From an uncultured Methanoregulaceae archaeon (GTDB lineage Archaea > Halobacteriota > Methanomicrobia > Methanomicrobiales > Methanospirillaceae): 64,000 nt of DNA. This document shows positions 47,709 to 59,623 of the stretch, one piece after another. Position numbers and translations under genes: made by a program. Each line of letters opens with the position of its first letter. Position 1 is the stretch's first letter. The DNA is taken from assembly GCA_963705255.1 (NCBI GenBank), contig OY970061.1:1920001-1984000 (forward strand), read 5' to 3'. The notes beneath the pieces were generated by a model. That model searched no databases, was not told the DNA's origin, and worked only from the letters and a program-made list of their open reading frames with translations.

Positions 47709-48594
47709 GGTACTGGAGCACCTCATCATCCTTCAGCGTGTGCACGTCGAGACCTGGCATCGCATCGCCGAGACCCGTGCTGACCTTTGCAATCACGGGG
47801 GCATCGTCGAAATGATCGACCGCTTCGACAATGGCTCTCGCCATCCGTTCGGGGCTCGAGGACTTGAAGATCCCCGATCCGACAAAGACCCCGTCCGCTC
47901 CCAGCTGCATCATCAGTGCTGCATCCGAAGGTGTGGCGATACCGCCTGCCGAGAAGTTCACGACCGGAAGCCTGCCGCGCTCTGAACACTCGATCACCAG
48001 TTCGGCGGGGGCCTCGATCTCCCGTGCGTAATCGGTCATCTCCTGCCTGTCCATCCCCTGAAGCATGCGGATCTCTCCCATGATCGTGCGCATGTGGCGG
48101 ACTGCCTCGACAACATTGCCGGTGCCGGCTTCTCCCTTTGTGCGGATCATGGCCGCCCCCTCGTTGATCCTGCGGAGCGCCTCGCCAAGGTCACGTGCAC
48201 CGCAGACGAAGGGGATCTTGAACTGCTTCTTATCGATATGATATTGTTCGTCTGCCGGTGTCAGGACCTCGCTCTCGTCGATCATATCGACCCCGAGGAC
48301 CTCCAGCACCTGTGCCTCGACAAAATGGCCAATCCGGACCTTCCCCATGACCGGAATGGAGACCGCCGCTATGATCTCAAGGACCTTCTCTGGGTCTGCC
48401 ATGCGGGCAACGCCTCCGGCTTTCCTGATATCGGATGGCACCCGCTCCAGCGACATGACTGCGACGGCACCTGCCTCCTCGGCGATCTTCGCCTGTCCGG
48501 CATCTACGACATCCATGATGACGCCCCCTTTCTGCATGGACGCAAAGCCGCGCTTGAGAAGCTCAGTGCCAAATCTCAGTTCTTCCAGTTTCAT
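47698..48594 (-). CDS. pdxS: PLP synthase lyase subunit
   Basis: [44 protein letters not shown]. Confidence 0.97.
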   Translation of the reverse strand: MKLEELRFGTELLKRGFASMQKGGVIMDVVDAGQAKIAEEAGAVAVMSLERVPSDIRKAGGVARMADPEKVLEIIAAVSIPVMGKVRIGHFVEAQVLEVLGVDMIDESEVLTPADEQYHIDKKQFKIPFVCGARDLGEALRRINEGAAMIRTKGEAGTGNVVEAVRHMRTIMGEIRMLQGMDRQEMTDYAREIEAPAELVIECSERGRLPVVNFSAGGIATPSDAALMMQLGADGVFVGSGIFKSSSPERMARAIVEAVDHFDDAPVIAKVSTGLGDAMPGLDVHTLKDDEVLQYRGR

Positions 48595-48603
48595 ATGCCA
48601 GTA

Positions 48604-49531
48604 CTATTGATCAGCGCCCCCCATAAAAACAATGTCACTACCGGCAACTATTGCCAGCACCAGGGTGACGGCACGGGTTGCCGATATTATCGCGGGGCCG
48701 GCTTCATCGAGGCTTTTTTCCCCATCTCCGATCGTATACACACCAGGCTTTTCAAACCGGTTCCGGTACCCCGGCCATTGCTGCCATGACAATCCCTCCG
48801 TTGAATCCCGGGCGGTTATGCCGGTCGCGGCGCATGACCTCCCACGCAGGGGCAAACCTTCCCCTGCAGGCAAAGTACAAAAGGAGCAACACAGCGGTGA
48901 TCCGTGCTGGAATATAATTGAGCACGTCGTCCATCCTGGCTGCACACCACCCTATCCGCTCCCGCTCGTCCCGGTAACCGAGCATTGCATCCATCGTGTT
49001 TGCCGCACGGTAGACTGCTGCGCCCGCAAGCCCGAAAACAGAGAAATAGACAAGCGGTGAGACGATGCTGTCCGTGAGGTTCTCGGTCATGGACTCGTAG
49101 CCCGCAGAGAGGATATGTTCACGGTCGAGATCTGCTGTCTGACGTGATACGAGCATGCTGACACGCCCGCGCCCGCTTTCAATCCCCTCTTTCAGCGCTG
49201 CGACCACAGCGAAGGTATGCTCCTCGAGAGACCGCCACGAGAAACAACATTTGAGCAGGAACGGGGCAAGGATAAGGTAGAGATACCAGGGGGCAACAGC
49301 AGAAAAGACAACAAAGGGAAGGGTAAAGAGGGTGACTGTAACAATCCAGAAAACAACACCAACGGCACGCTGGAATTTGGGGGAGTAATATTCCGGTCTT
49401 CCCCACCACCCGATGAACCTGCCGAGCAGGGCAACCGGGTGCAGGGGCGTATGGGGGTCTCCGATCAGCCGGTCAACGGCAAGCCCTGCAAAGAGCACGA
49501 CAGCGCCAAGCGTTACTGCTGCAGGTACCAT
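48604..49531 (-). CDS. cobD: Adenosylcobinamide-phosphate synthase CobD/CbiB; frameshift near 48770
   Basis: DRLIGDP...HPV, VSR, ENLTD, YRAANTMDAMLGY, DD..NYIPAR, then EKPGVY in another frame. Confidence 0.88.
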
Positions 49532-50082
49532 GTATAGAGTGCCCCGACAATGAGGATGATAAAGGATGCGATATTGAGGAATTCGCTTTTGGTATAGAGC
49601 CAAATAGTATACAGGATGAGAGCGACGCCCATCATGACCATCAAGAGGTGGGGGCGCCCGTGGGCAACCGGCTGGAGGGGGAACTCCTCCTGAATGGCCG
49701 GCCGTGGAGCCGGTACATGGGCGACATTCACCCGCATCATAGTCTTCATGACGCCGTATCCCGAAATGATCTCGAGGTCAAAAAATCCCTCCTCACTGTC
49801 TTTCCGTACCGGTATGAGCAGTACCGACTCATCGACTACGTACATGTTTTCATGGAAAAAATCGGTGTACATACCGGCGTTCGAGGTAGTGACCGTGATG
49901 TGGATAGGCGCTCCGCGGTTTGAGAAAACAAGCCGCAGTCCGCTGCCGGGTTCAACAGAGACCTTCTCGCGGGGAAGATCGATAGAATTGATCCCGCTCC
50001 GGTTGAGGTGGATTTCGAATCCTGCCCCGCTTCCACCCGTTCCGGCGGAGACCACCGCAAAAATCGGAAACGGGAGATTCAT
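49513..50082 (-). CDS. Conserved archaeal hypothetical membrane protein
   Basis: IHLNR.GINSI...N.GAP.H...GYG, two C-terminal TM helices; coupled in the operon. Confidence 0.6.
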   Translation of the reverse strand: MNLPFPIFAVVSAGTGGSGAGFEIHLNRSGINSIDLPREKVSVEPGSGLRLVFSNRGAPIHITVTTSNAGMYTDFFHENMYVVDESVLLIPVRKDSEEGFFDLEIISGYGVMKTMMRVNVAHVPAPRPAIQEEFPLQPVAHGRPHLLMVMMGVALILYTIWLYTKSEFLNIASFIILIVGALYTWYLQQ

Positions 50083-50091
50083 GGCAGGACC

Positions 50092-50277
50092 TTAGTGCTC
50101 GTGCATGGCCGGCGGCAGCAGGTTGGGAATTCCGTCGTGAATGGGATAATCCGCATTGCATGCTGCGCAGTGCAGCCTACCCTCAAGGATCTCCTTTTCG
50201 TCTTCCTTTTCGACAGCAAGAGTGAGGTCTCCCTTGCAGACCGGACAGCAGAGAATATCCATGAGCGAGCGTCTCAT
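50092..50277 (-). CDS. trm112: Trm112-like methyltransferase activator
   Basis: LMDILCCPVCKGDL...G.L.C..C...YPI.DGIPNLLP. Confidence 0.9.
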   Translation of the reverse strand: MRRSLMDILCCPVCKGDLTLAVEKEDEKEILEGRLHCAACNADYPIHDGIPNLLPPAMHEH

Positions 50278-51287
50278 GCCAGTTCGTCCCTCAGGTCAAT
50301 GATCTGGGTGATTTCGGGTCCTGTCGAGATGAGAGTTACCGGGCTCCCGATATCGTCTTCTGCCTGTTTGAGAAAGTCTTTTGCTTTTCTGGTAAGCCGG
50401 GAATATTCGGTGATGCCAAAACAGGCCTTATCGATATTATCGATCCCGGTGATGGCTGCCTGAGTGCATCCGTTGATCATGGCGGAATACTGTGCCATGT
50501 CCCCGTCCCACCCGCCGACGCGCCTCTGTCGATGGGTGACGGTACCGAACTCCTGAATGCCCATTGCATCCGACTTCTCCACCGACATCTCAGTGCTGAA
50601 CGGGCCTTCCCCGACACGTGTCGGGTAGGCCTTGAAGACCACGACAACGTCATCGATCTTCGTCGGGCCCACACCATTGTCGGCGGCAATCTGGGACGCT
50701 GAGGTATCCTTGCTCGTCACGAAGGGATAGGTTCCGTAGTACAGCGAGATGCCAAAGCCCTGGGTGCCTTCAAGCAGCACGGTATTGTTCTTTTTCAGTT
50801 CGTCGTCAATGGCCTTAGGCACATCGAGCAGGTATTCCGCAAGCTCCGGCACGTCCTTTGCCTGAGGGGAGACCCTCATGACCCGGTCGGAATTGGCCGG
50901 CCCGCACCCGGAACCGGTGCTCCCGATCTTCTTGGCAAGGTGGGCGCTCCCCTTGTCACGGGCAATATGGTCTTCGGTAATGATACCGCAACGTTTGTCC
51001 ACGAAGACACGCCCTTTGACTCCGAGAGTTTCGACTTCCTGCTTCAGGACCCTGGGGTCGACCAGTACGCCGCTCCCAATGCAGAGTTTTGCGTCCTTGT
51101 AAACAAAACCGGACGGGACCATACGGACACCATATTTGTGGTCTCCGACCTGGACAGTGTGTCCGGCATTCGGACCCACACCGCCGCGGGAGATGATTGC
51201 GGGTTTGTCCTTATAGGCAATATGGGCAACAACTTTGCCCTTCCCTTCATCACCAAAAAATCCACCAACGATGATTGTACAGCTCAT
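50274..51287 (-). CDS. purA: Adenylosuccinate synthetase (short archaeal form)
   Basis: GDEGKGK, GPNAGHT, EGTQG, YPFVTS, TRVGEGP, GTVT. Confidence 0.97.
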   Translation of the reverse strand: MSCTIIVGGFFGDEGKGKVVAHIAYKDKPAIISRGGVGPNAGHTVQVGDHKYGVRMVPSGFVYKDAKLCIGSGVLVDPRVLKQEVETLGVKGRVFVDKRCGIITEDHIARDKGSAHLAKKIGSTGSGCGPANSDRVMRVSPQAKDVPELAEYLLDVPKAIDDELKKNNTVLLEGTQGFGISLYYGTYPFVTSKDTSASQIAADNGVGPTKIDDVVVVFKAYPTRVGEGPFSTEMSVEKSDAMGIQEFGTVTHRQRRVGGWDGDMAQYSAMINGCTQAAITGIDNIDKACFGITEYSRLTRKAKDFLKQAEDDIGSPVTLISTGPEITQIIDLRDELA

Positions 51288-51417
51288 TGTGTTTCACGTA
51301 ATATTGATCCAGTTGGACAATAAAGTATCCCACAGGTCTGTCCTCCCTGATATATTGTTAAAAGTCAGAATGAAATGTCAGGAAAGTGAACGAGATGAAA
51401 AAAGCGGATTGGTTGAA

Positions 51418-52574
51418 TCAGAGGCCGCTGATAAAGGCCTCCATTCTGCCGAGCGCTTCATTGAGCTCTTTCCTTGAGACGGCGTAGGCACACCGGAGGT
51501 GGCCTTCTCCGCCACTGCCAAAGACGCTGCCCGGCACTACGGCGACCTTCTGCTCCTTCAGCAGGCGCTCGGCAAATTCCACATCCGAGAGCCCGGTCTT
51601 TTCTACCGAGGGGAATGCATAGAACGCACCGTCAGGCACATGGCACGACAGCCCGATGCGGTTGAGGCCGGCCACGAACATGTTGCGCCTGAGCCGGTAC
51701 TCACTGACCATGCTGTTCTTCTCATCCTCTGCCGAGCGGAGCGCTTCAAGTGCCCCGACCTGTCCCATCACCGGGGCGCAGAGCATCACGTACTGGTGTA
51801 TCTTCAGCGCAGCGTCGCAGAGCTCTTTGGGTGCGCAGAGGTACCCTACACGCCAGCCGGTCATCGCATAGGCCTTCGAGAAACCGTTGAGGGTGATTGT
51901 CCGATCCCGGAGATCGCTGACGGTCGCTGCAGCGCAATGGCGTGTTTCATACGTGAGCTCCGCATAGACTTCATCGCTGATGAGCAGGAGATCGTGATCG
52001 ATCACAATATCAGCAACCGCTTTGAGCTCCTCTCTTCCCATGACCGCTCCGGTCGGGTTGTTCGGGAAATTGATGATCAGCGCCTTTGATCTGGAGGTGA
52101 CCTGTTCTGCCAGCGTATCCGGGTCCAGTTTGAAATGGTCCTTTTCCATGCACCGGACCGGGACAGGTTTTCCCCCGGAAAGTGTCACGCAGGGGGCATA
52201 CGAGACATAACTTGGCTGTGCGATAAGTACCTCTTCCCCGGGTCCACGATGGCGCGGATCGCGATGTCAAGGGCCTCGGATACACCGCTCGTTATGATTA
52301 TCTCGTCATCACCGGAATAGGTGAGGTTGTAGTGCTGGGCGAGGTACCGCGAGAGGGCAACGCGAAGGGAATGGAGGTCTTTATTGGACGTGTAGGATGT
52401 CGTTCCCTGTTCGATAGAATAAATACTGGATTCGCAGATATTCCACGGGGTGCGGAAATCCGGCTCCCCGACGCCAAGCGATATGACCCCCTCCATCGTG
52501 AGGACGAGATCGAAAAATTTCCTGATTCCCGATGGCGGGATCTCCCGTGCACGCCCTGAAACAAAATTGCGCAT
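51418..52574 (-). CDS. Class I/II PLP aminotransferase; frameshift near 52200-52235
   Basis: SGIRKFFD, SLGVGEPDF (52185..52574) plus PNNPTG, SDEVY, FSKAYAMTGWRVG (51418..52188). Confidence 0.88.
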
Positions 52575-52583
52575 GGTTTCACC

Positions 52584-53075
52584 TTAGAAAGAATATGGGA
52601 GGCGCTCTGCTTCCTGCTGTTCAAAGAACGTGTTTCCATTCTCCTTGTACGACTTCATGACAATATGCGTCGCCGTTTCCCGGATCCGGTCCATGGGGGC
52701 GACGTGCTCGGATACAAACCGCGACACTTCCTGCATGTTCTTGCCGGTCACGATGAGCTGGAGATCATAGGTCCCGGTGATGAGACGCAGGGTCTTGACC
52801 TGCCTGAACCGCGAAAGCCGCTCCGCAATCCGATCGTATCCGTAGTCGCGCTCGGGGCTTACCTTGAGTTCGATAATGGCCGAGACCTCGACGTTGCCTG
52901 CCTTCTCCCAGTTGATGACGGTGGAGTAGCGCTTGATGACCTGCGCAGCTTCCAGTGTGTGTATCCGCTGCTGGACATCAGCGGTGCTGAGGCTGGTCAT
53001 GGTCGCAATTTCATCTGCTGAGAGCCGGCTGTTCTCCTCAAGAATACGGAGGAGTTCGAGATCTTTTTCATCCAT
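52584..53075 (-). CDS. Lrp/AsnC family regulator
   Basis: DEKD..LL..LE.NSR HTH, ITGTYDL RAM domain; upstream of an aminotransferase. Confidence 0.9.
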   Translation of the reverse strand: MDEKDLELLRILEENSRLSADEIATMTSLSTADVQQRIHTLEAAQVIKRYSTVINWEKAGNVEVSAIIELKVSPERDYGYDRIAERLSRFRQVKTLRLITGTYDLQLIVTGKNMQEVSRFVSEHVAPMDRIRETATHIVMKSYKENGNTFFEQQEAERLPYSF

Positions 53076-53081
53076 CCTGTA

Positions 53082-54374
53082 TCACCTGAACCAGGTTTTC
53101 AACCACTTTGCTTCCATCTGGGACACATCAAGGTCCTTGAGCCCGTTCAGACGCGGGTCCTTGAGTACGACCTCGCGGATCTTGCCAGTATTGGCGTCAA
53201 ACCACATCTCTTTTGTCCTGCCATAACGCCCGCGGCTTACCACCCGGGTATTGATGACACCCAGCATGTTCAGCTCGGATATGAGATCCGTTATCCTGCG
53301 GTGGGTGAGAACATCGAGCTCGATGGATGGGGCGATATCCTGATATATACGTGAAACTTCGCCGCTCGTAAAGATATTCTGTCCCAGCTGTTCGAGAATC
53401 AGCATCGAGAAGAGGATCAGCTTGCTCTGGGTGGGCAGCGTAGCGATGCACTCGATCATGCTGTCGGTCTCAATCTTTGCCTGAGCCTGTTTGACGTGCT
53501 CTTCAGTCACCCGTGCTGACTCGTCACGATCGGCAAGTTCCCCGGAGATCCGGAACAGGTCAAGTGCACGCCGTGCGTCCCCATGTTCTTGGGCTGCAAG
53601 GGCCGCACAGAGCGGGATGACTTCCTCGGCAACAGCCCCGACAATAAACGCACCCTCAGCGCGCTGGGTCAGGATGTCCACGAGCTGAGGCGCGTTGTAC
53701 GGCGGGAAAACAATCTCTTCCTCAGAGAGCGAGGACAATACCCTCGGGTCCAAGAAATCCTTGAAACTCAGGTCATTGGAGATACCGATGATACTGACTT
53801 TTGAATTTTTGAGATCAGAATTTATCCGGGTCAGGTTATAGAGGGTATCGTCACCGCTCTTTTTCACCAGCTTATCGATCTCGTCCAGAACGATGACCAG
53901 TACCCCCCCGCCCGCTTCGAGCTGGTTCTTGAGCTCAGCATACACCTGATCGGTGGGCCACCCGGTCATCGGGATATGGGTGCGGGTTTTATCGCTTCCT
54001 AATTCATCGACGACGTCCAAGCACTTGGCGATCTGCGCCAGCACCCGGTACTGGGTATCGATAACTTCGCAGTTGAGGTGGACGAGTCTGCACATCGTCC
54101 CCATCTTGCTGCTCGCTTTCTCAAGCTCAAAACCGACATATCTCACGCAGGCTGTCTTCCCGGTGCCGGTTTTTCCGTAAATAAGGATGTTGGAGGGCGT
54201 TTCATTCCTGAGGGATGGTGCCAATATTGATGCTACTTCGTCGATCTGTGGTTTCCTGTGGGGAAGTATCTGGGGGCGATACGAATGGCGGAGCACCTCG
54301 CGATCCCGGAATATCCTGTTATTGGTGAGATACTTTTTAAATAATCCTGTTGAAGGGTCTTCAGTTTCGGGCAT
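53082..54374 (-). CDS. cdc6: Orc1/Cdc6 replication initiator
   Basis: YGKTGTGKT Walker A, VLDEID Walker B, LDPRVLSSL, GDARRA, GRYGRT wing. Confidence 0.96.
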   Translation of the reverse strand: MPETEDPSTGLFKKYLTNNRIFRDREVLRHSYRPQILPHRKPQIDEVASILAPSLRNETPSNILIYGKTGTGKTACVRYVGFELEKASSKMGTMCRLVHLNCEVIDTQYRVLAQIAKCLDVVDELGSDKTRTHIPMTGWPTDQVYAELKNQLEAGGGVLVIVLDEIDKLVKKSGDDTLYNLTRINSDLKNSKVSIIGISNDLSFKDFLDPRVLSSLSEEEIVFPPYNAPQLVDILTQRAEGAFIVGAVAEEVIPLCAALAAQEHGDARRALDLFRISGELADRDESARVTEEHVKQAQAKIETDSMIECIATLPTQSKLILFSMLILEQLGQNIFTSGEVSRIYQDIAPSIELDVLTHRRITDLISELNMLGVINTRVVSRGRYGRTKEMWFDANTGKIREVVLKDPRLNGLKDLDVSQMEAKWLKTWFR

Positions 54375-54442
54375 AGTTACACTGTGGTGCTCAGGATTAG
54401 TGAGACGAGACTAAAAAACGATCGGTTTGGCCGGACTATAAA

Positions 54443-54918
54443 CCCCTTTATTTCGTGTGGAGCGCATGTAATTTATGGTTTATTTTGGAAATAGACAAAA
54501 AATGAAATTAATTTGTTAAAGATATTGTAAAAGTTATATTTTATTATCCAATATTCTGAATACTTTGTAATTATTTAAATTAATCTATAACAGTAAAGGA
54601 GGGACCCCTTTATTTCGTGTGGAACTGTAAAAAGACGATACCTTGTTTTTTAAGTTCACAACAAAAGAGCTATTAGATGATATATTCTTTATAATATATA
54701 AATAAATCGAAATGAATTCGGTGAAAACATTTGCAAGTACCTAATATTCAGTTTGAGGAATTTCAGGAAAAGTTTTAATTTTAATTCGATAAAATGCAAT
54801 TATTGTAAAATTAATTATTTTAAAATGCTGAAAGGTTACCTCACTCCAAATTTTGAGATCAAATATAATTCACAACTGGGGGCATATAATAATCATCTCC
54901 ACAGGAAACAATGGGGTC
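54443..54918. other. Replication origin oriC: three ORB boxes and an AT-rich DUE
   Basis: TCCACACGAAATAAAGGGG on the - strand at 54443-54461 and 54605-54623; inverted TCCACAGGAAACAATGGGG on + at 54898-54916; very AT-rich between them; adjacent to cdc6. Confidence 0.9.
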
Positions 54919-54993
54919 TCCACTCCCCCTCAATTTTCGAAAAGAATATCCCGGAATTCTCTTAACACATAACTGCATAATATCTTTTGTACT

Positions 54994-55482
54994 ATGGATA
55001 AAAGTCACATTAGGTCTTTTCCAATTAATGCAGCAGTCATCACAATCTCGACAACCCGGACTGTCAAGAATGATACCAGTGGAAATACCATCTGCATCCT
55101 TCTGAACAACAGTAATATCCCCGTCAATCATTATGCAATAGTCCCGGATAGGATTGAAGCAATACGTAATGAACTGTTTATAGCCCTGAAAAAGACCAAC
55201 TGCATCATTCTGAACGGCGGGACCGGTCTTACCGATGATGACTGTACAATTGAAGCAATCTCACCCCTCCTGGACAAGAAGATTGATGGATTCGGGGAGA
55301 TGTTTCGCGCAAAAAGTATCGAGCAGATCGGGACGGCGTCCATGCTCTCCCGAGCTCTCGCTGGTGTGATCGCTGGAAAGGCGGTATTCTGCATTCCCGG
55401 ATCAACACCCGCAGTAACCCTTGCGACAACCGAGCTCATCATTCCAGAAATTGCTCACATCATCAGTCATGCCAATAAATGA
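54994..55482 (+). CDS. moaB: Molybdenum cofactor biosynthesis protein MoaB/Mog
   Basis: ITIS, DTSG, GGTG...D.T.EA, GFGE.FR, SRA.AG, PGS. Confidence 0.9.
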   Translation: MDKSHIRSFPINAAVITISTTRTVKNDTSGNTICILLNNSNIPVNHYAIVPDRIEAIRNELFIALKKTNCIILNGGTGLTDDDCTIEAISPLLDKKIDGFGEMFRAKSIEQIGTASMLSRALAGVIAGKAVFCIPGSTPAVTLATTELIIPEIAHIISHANK

Positions 55483-56150
55483 AAATGTGGGTTCTGCAAA
55501 ATACATTTTTACTATGGAATGATACAGACTGTCATCGAGTTCCGCCGTGCCCTCGCTCTCGAGAAATCTTCATATGGCTCTTGTATTTGCCCGGAAGATT
55601 AGATCAGAAATTTTCCGATGTTTGAATTACCAAAAAATCATGAGCTCTCTTAGATCCCGTTATAGAAAACGCAGAATTTGTTGAATTCATTTTATAATTT
55701 TCCATCGCGCAGCAAATAGCTCTCCAATAACACTCTTCTTGTCCACAATCGAAGAAAAACGGAGGATCCAGCGGGATCTCCGATCTCTCCCTGATTACAC
55801 AGTAAAAAATCCGTTGAATTTTTTGCTCTCATTTGTCAGATATACAGGAATTAGCTTTGTAAGAAATCATCGATAGCCGTTGTAGCTGCTCCTGGGAAAA
55901 CCGCTATTCCCGAAGGGAAGAGCATACTTGAGAAGACCAGCAGGTTCTTCGATTTTCGAAAAGGTTCATCAGGACCTCGAGGATAAGAAGAACTCGTCAG
56001 TGTTCTTCGACGTGAGAGGGGGTCATCCTCATAACCATCTGAAATTATAAGCTAATTTATGGAAAACTACCGGGCTCAAGCACTATTTCTGGAAGATTGC
56101 AGTATCTCATAACCGGATGCAGGATTCAAATTGTCAATTCTGGTCCAGTA

Positions 56151-56678
56151 TTATCGAAGGACATTCAGGAGAGCTACACGTTCCAGCACGAGATCCACAA
56201 TGCTGTCTTTGTTGCCGGCGACCTCCACCTCTTCTGTCGTGATATCAAAAAGCTGCATCAGGCGCACCTTCTTTTCACTATCGATGATATCTTCCCACTC
56301 CCCGGTGAATCGGAAGAGGTGAGCGAGGTGTTCCCATACGTCCATTTCAGGGACGGGATACCAGCAGACATAGAGATGGTTCACACCATTATGAACCCCA
56401 AATGAGGAAGCGATATTGCACTGGCGTGAACCCGCAGCGTACAGAAGGGATTCCATCTCGATGGTGTTCGAAATGGCAGTCCCCTCCTGATAAGAGCGCA
56501 CCGCATGTTCCACTGCGGACTGTGCGTGGGCCCTGCTGGCTAGCATATCGGCATTGAAACAGATGATATGGGTAGTGTACTGCCGGGAAATCTCCCGGAG
56601 TTCCTTGAGAAAGGCATTCCTGTCCTGAATCGCACATTGCGTTTTGCGGATTTCACAGGGGCGGCCCGGGCTATCCAT
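56151..56678 (-). CDS. cgi121: KEOPS complex subunit Cgi121
   Basis: H...AV..A...EMESLLYAAGSRQ, F.IT.EE, LVLERVALL. Confidence 0.88.
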   Translation of the reverse strand: MDSPGRPCEIRKTQCAIQDRNAFLKELREISRQYTTHIICFNADMLASRAHAQSAVEHAVRSYQEGTAISNTIEMESLLYAAGSRQCNIASSFGVHNGVNHLYVCWYPVPEMDVWEHLAHLFRFTGEWEDIIDSEKKVRLMQLFDITTEEVEVAGNKDSIVDLVLERVALLNVLR

Positions 56679-56682
56679 GAGA

Positions 56683-58845
56683 TCACCGGAACCGGGAAAG
56701 AGTTGACTGCCCGCCCATAGTATCTTCACCGGTATTCTGCGCAGAGATAGTTTTTGCATTCCGAAGCTGGGAAAAGATCTGCTCTGCAATACCCCGCCCG
56801 ATGATCCGGGTCACGGTATCCATGCCTGCAGTGAGCACCTCGTCGGGTGTCGTGATGCTGTTGTTGAAGAGGCGGCGGGCCCGCACCCTACCTATGCCCC
56901 GCAGTTTCACGAGCGGGAGCAACTCGCGCCTGATACCGTTCTTCATGCAGATCTCGTATTCGCGGACCTTGGGATTGAACCTTGCAGCAAACATCCGGGA
57001 GAGCTCTGCACTTGCGTGCAACAGCCAGTTGATGCTCTCAACCATGCCGTAGATATCCCCCGGCCCGACGCCGTAGCGTTCGCATATCTTGGCATCGGGA
57101 AGCTCGTCAGTCCAGTCAGTGAGTAGCATCGCAGTCTTGAGCGCCCGGTAGTATTCTTCGACTTCGTCCTCGTCGTGCGGCAATGGCAGCCAGAGTTCGC
57201 TCTCGTGGGCTTCGATCATGCGGTCGAGCGCCGGCCGGTCCGTATTCCTGACATAGAGGCGTGGCATATCTGGAGTGCTGCAGATCAGCTGGAGCAGGCC
57301 GATATCGGCATACCCCTCCCGTTCTCTCAGGGTCGTTATAATAAGGGCTGCACTCCGGGGGTCAATGTATAACCGTGAGACGAGGGTACCGAATTCGGTT
57401 GATCCCAAATGCTCACCAATCTCCATTACCATCTCCGAGCTGACGAGAAACCTGAGCGCCGCATCCACGGCTTTCTGCATCAGGCGCCCGTGCCGGTGTT
57501 CATGGACATAGAAGCTCCGGTCCATGAATGACATCAGTTCGCCCCTTGTCCCGGCAAAGCCCGAAGCGATGAGCGACAGGACATGAGTATAAAGGGCCGT
57601 CGGTTCAGCAATCCTCGAATGGACCTCCTCTGCAGGGGCCTCAATGTAGCACTCGAAGAGCTCTTCGACCTGACCTTCGTCTTTGGCAATGAGTACGGCC
57701 TCGCCGTACGGATCGAGGCGCGGGCGCCCGGCCCTACCGGCCATCTGGTGGTATTCGCTTGCCGGGATAGGCAGCATGCCCTCTCCTGCGGAGAACCGCA
57801 GGTAATCTCGGATGATGACCCGTCGTGCGGGCAGGTTGAGCCCGGCAGCAAGGGTAGGTGTAGATGATATGCACTTGATGTGACCTTTCCGGAACGCTTC
57901 TTCGACCACTGCCCGTTCCTGCCGGCTCAGGCCGGCGTGATGAAAGGCCGCCCCTTGCGAGACGCAGAGTGCAAGTGTCCTGACCATCTCGGTCTCCGCG
58001 GAACTGTCGAGCTTCTCCGCACAGGCTTTGAGTTCGGGGGCGTCGCTTTTTATGGCGCCCGCTGCCCTCCTCGCGAATGCCTCGGCATTCCGCCGCGACG
58101 AGACAAAGACGAGGCACTGCCCGCCTTCAGCGATGGTGTCGAGGCAGAGGTTGAGGTCATCGTAATTTTTTGATACCTGCCGGATCTCCCGTTCCCCTTC
58201 ACGGAAATGGATCCGGTCTTTGCAGAACACACCCTGCCTGAGATCAACCGGGCGCCAGGTGCTGGTCACGAGTTCTGCATCAAGCCACCCGGCAAGGACA
58301 TGCGGATTGCCAATGGTTGCTGAAAGCCCTATTACCTGCATGGCAGGGTTCCGGTACCGCATCTTGGCGATCACCATTTCAAGGGTCGGACCCCGACTCT
58401 CCGAATCGATCAGATGGACCTCATCGACGACAAGGAGGGTGATCTCGCCGATCCAGCGGGCATTGTTGCGTAGCAGGGAATCCACCTTCTCGCTTGTCGC
58501 AACGATAATATCGTTCCGGCCGAGCATGTCGTCACGGCGGTCAAAATCCCCGGTTGCGATGCCGACCCGGACGCCCTTGTTATTGAATTCGTTGAATTTT
58601 TCGGAAGCAAGTGCCTTGAGGGGAACAATATAGAGGCATTTTCCTTTCTGCGCGATATGGATGTGCATCGCCATCTCGGCGACCAGGGTTTTCCCGCTTG
58701 CGGTGGGGATTGCCATGAGCAGGTTTTTCCTGTCAAGCATGCCCTTCCTGATACATTCTTCCTGAGGGGGGTAGAGCTCAGTGATGCCACCCATCCGGTA
58801 CTGCTGTTTCAGACTGGGGGGGATAGGGAGCTTTTCGATCAGCAT
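56683..58845 (-). CDS. hel308: Ski2-like helicase Hel308
   Basis: [53 protein letters not shown]. Confidence 0.95.
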   Translation of the reverse strand: MLIEKLPIPPSLKQQYRMGGITELYPPQEECIRKGMLDRKNLLMAIPTASGKTLVAEMAMHIHIAQKGKCLYIVPLKALASEKFNEFNNKGVRVGIATGDFDRRDDMLGRNDIIVATSEKVDSLLRNNARWIGEITLLVVDEVHLIDSESRGPTLEMVIAKMRYRNPAMQVIGLSATIGNPHVLAGWLDAELVTSTWRPVDLRQGVFCKDRIHFREGEREIRQVSKNYDDLNLCLDTIAEGGQCLVFVSSRRNAEAFARRAAGAIKSDAPELKACAEKLDSSAETEMVRTLALCVSQGAAFHHAGLSRQERAVVEEAFRKGHIKCISSTPTLAAGLNLPARRVIIRDYLRFSAGEGMLPIPASEYHQMAGRAGRPRLDPYGEAVLIAKDEGQVEELFECYIEAPAEEVHSRIAEPTALYTHVLSLIASGFAGTRGELMSFMDRSFYVHEHRHGRLMQKAVDAALRFLVSSEMVMEIGEHLGSTEFGTLVSRLYIDPRSAALIITTLREREGYADIGLLQLICSTPDMPRLYVRNTDRPALDRMIEAHESELWLPLPHDEDEVEEYYRALKTAMLLTDWTDELPDAKICERYGVGPGDIYGMVESINWLLHASAELSRMFAARFNPKVREYEICMKNGIRRELLPLVKLRGIGRVRARRLFNNSITTPDEVLTAGMDTVTRIIGRGIAEQIFSQLRNAKTISAQNTGEDTMGGQSTLSRFR

Positions 58846-58999
58846 GTCAGAACCTTCTGTTTAACCCCATTAATTCCACTGAAATTCGCTGCAGATTTTG
58901 TCTGTTTGGTGAAATCTATCTTATATAACCGATTCTTTTCCATGGGAAATAGAGCAAAACATATATATCCCAGTGCACGATTTTGAGGATCCGGAAACA

Positions 59000-59545
59000 C
59001 TAGTAATAATAACTTATCATATCCTGTTTTGCCTCTTTCTTTTTCCGGTCAAGGAAGGCGAACACGTTCTCGTGAGGGACCCCTTCGATGAGCATATCGA
59101 TTGCCGCCCGGGCTGTCTTGAGCGGTTCCGGGTACCCGATAAGCGCAACGGTTTTGCCAAAGACTGAGATCTCCACATCGGTCATATCTTCGATCTGTTC
59201 ACGCGCCCTCCCGTCTTTGCCAATGATTCTTCCCCTGAGCCGGTCAGTCTGCCTGGGACCTTCTGCCATCCCGGAGAGATCGATTACTTCGAGGAGGAGG
59301 TCCTCGTCTTCGATCATCTCGAATGCCCGCTCAGGAGAGAAACCGCGGTTAATGGCATTGATGATCTCGACTGCCCGGAGGAGGAGGATAGTGTTCTCCT
59401 CAGTACCTTCGACCTTGATAAGCCCCTCCTTACTATCAATGGTTATCGTTGTGCACGTTCTGGTCTCGAGCTCTTTTTTTGTTGCACCGCCTTTTCCGAT
59501 AAGCACACCGACCCGGCTTCCTGCGATCTTTACTTCCTGCATCAT
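59000..59545 (-). CDS. KH-domain rRNA processing protein (Dim2/Pno1-like)
   Basis: VLIGKGG, RGFSPERA, GRIIGKDG; next to rio1. Confidence 0.88.
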   Translation of the reverse strand: MMQEVKIAGSRVGVLIGKGGATKKELETRTCTTITIDSKEGLIKVEGTEENTILLLRAVEIINAINRGFSPERAFEMIEDEDLLLEVIDLSGMAEGPRQTDRLRGRIIGKDGRAREQIEDMTDVEISVFGKTVALIGYPEPLKTARAAIDMLIEGVPHENVFAFLDRKKKEAKQDMISYYY

Positions 59546-59623
59546 ATTCGTTCACCTTGTATTCTGGGTAGATCTGTCAACCTGTCCCAGCAACCGTTTT
59601 TTCCAGTACACGATACGAGGGAA

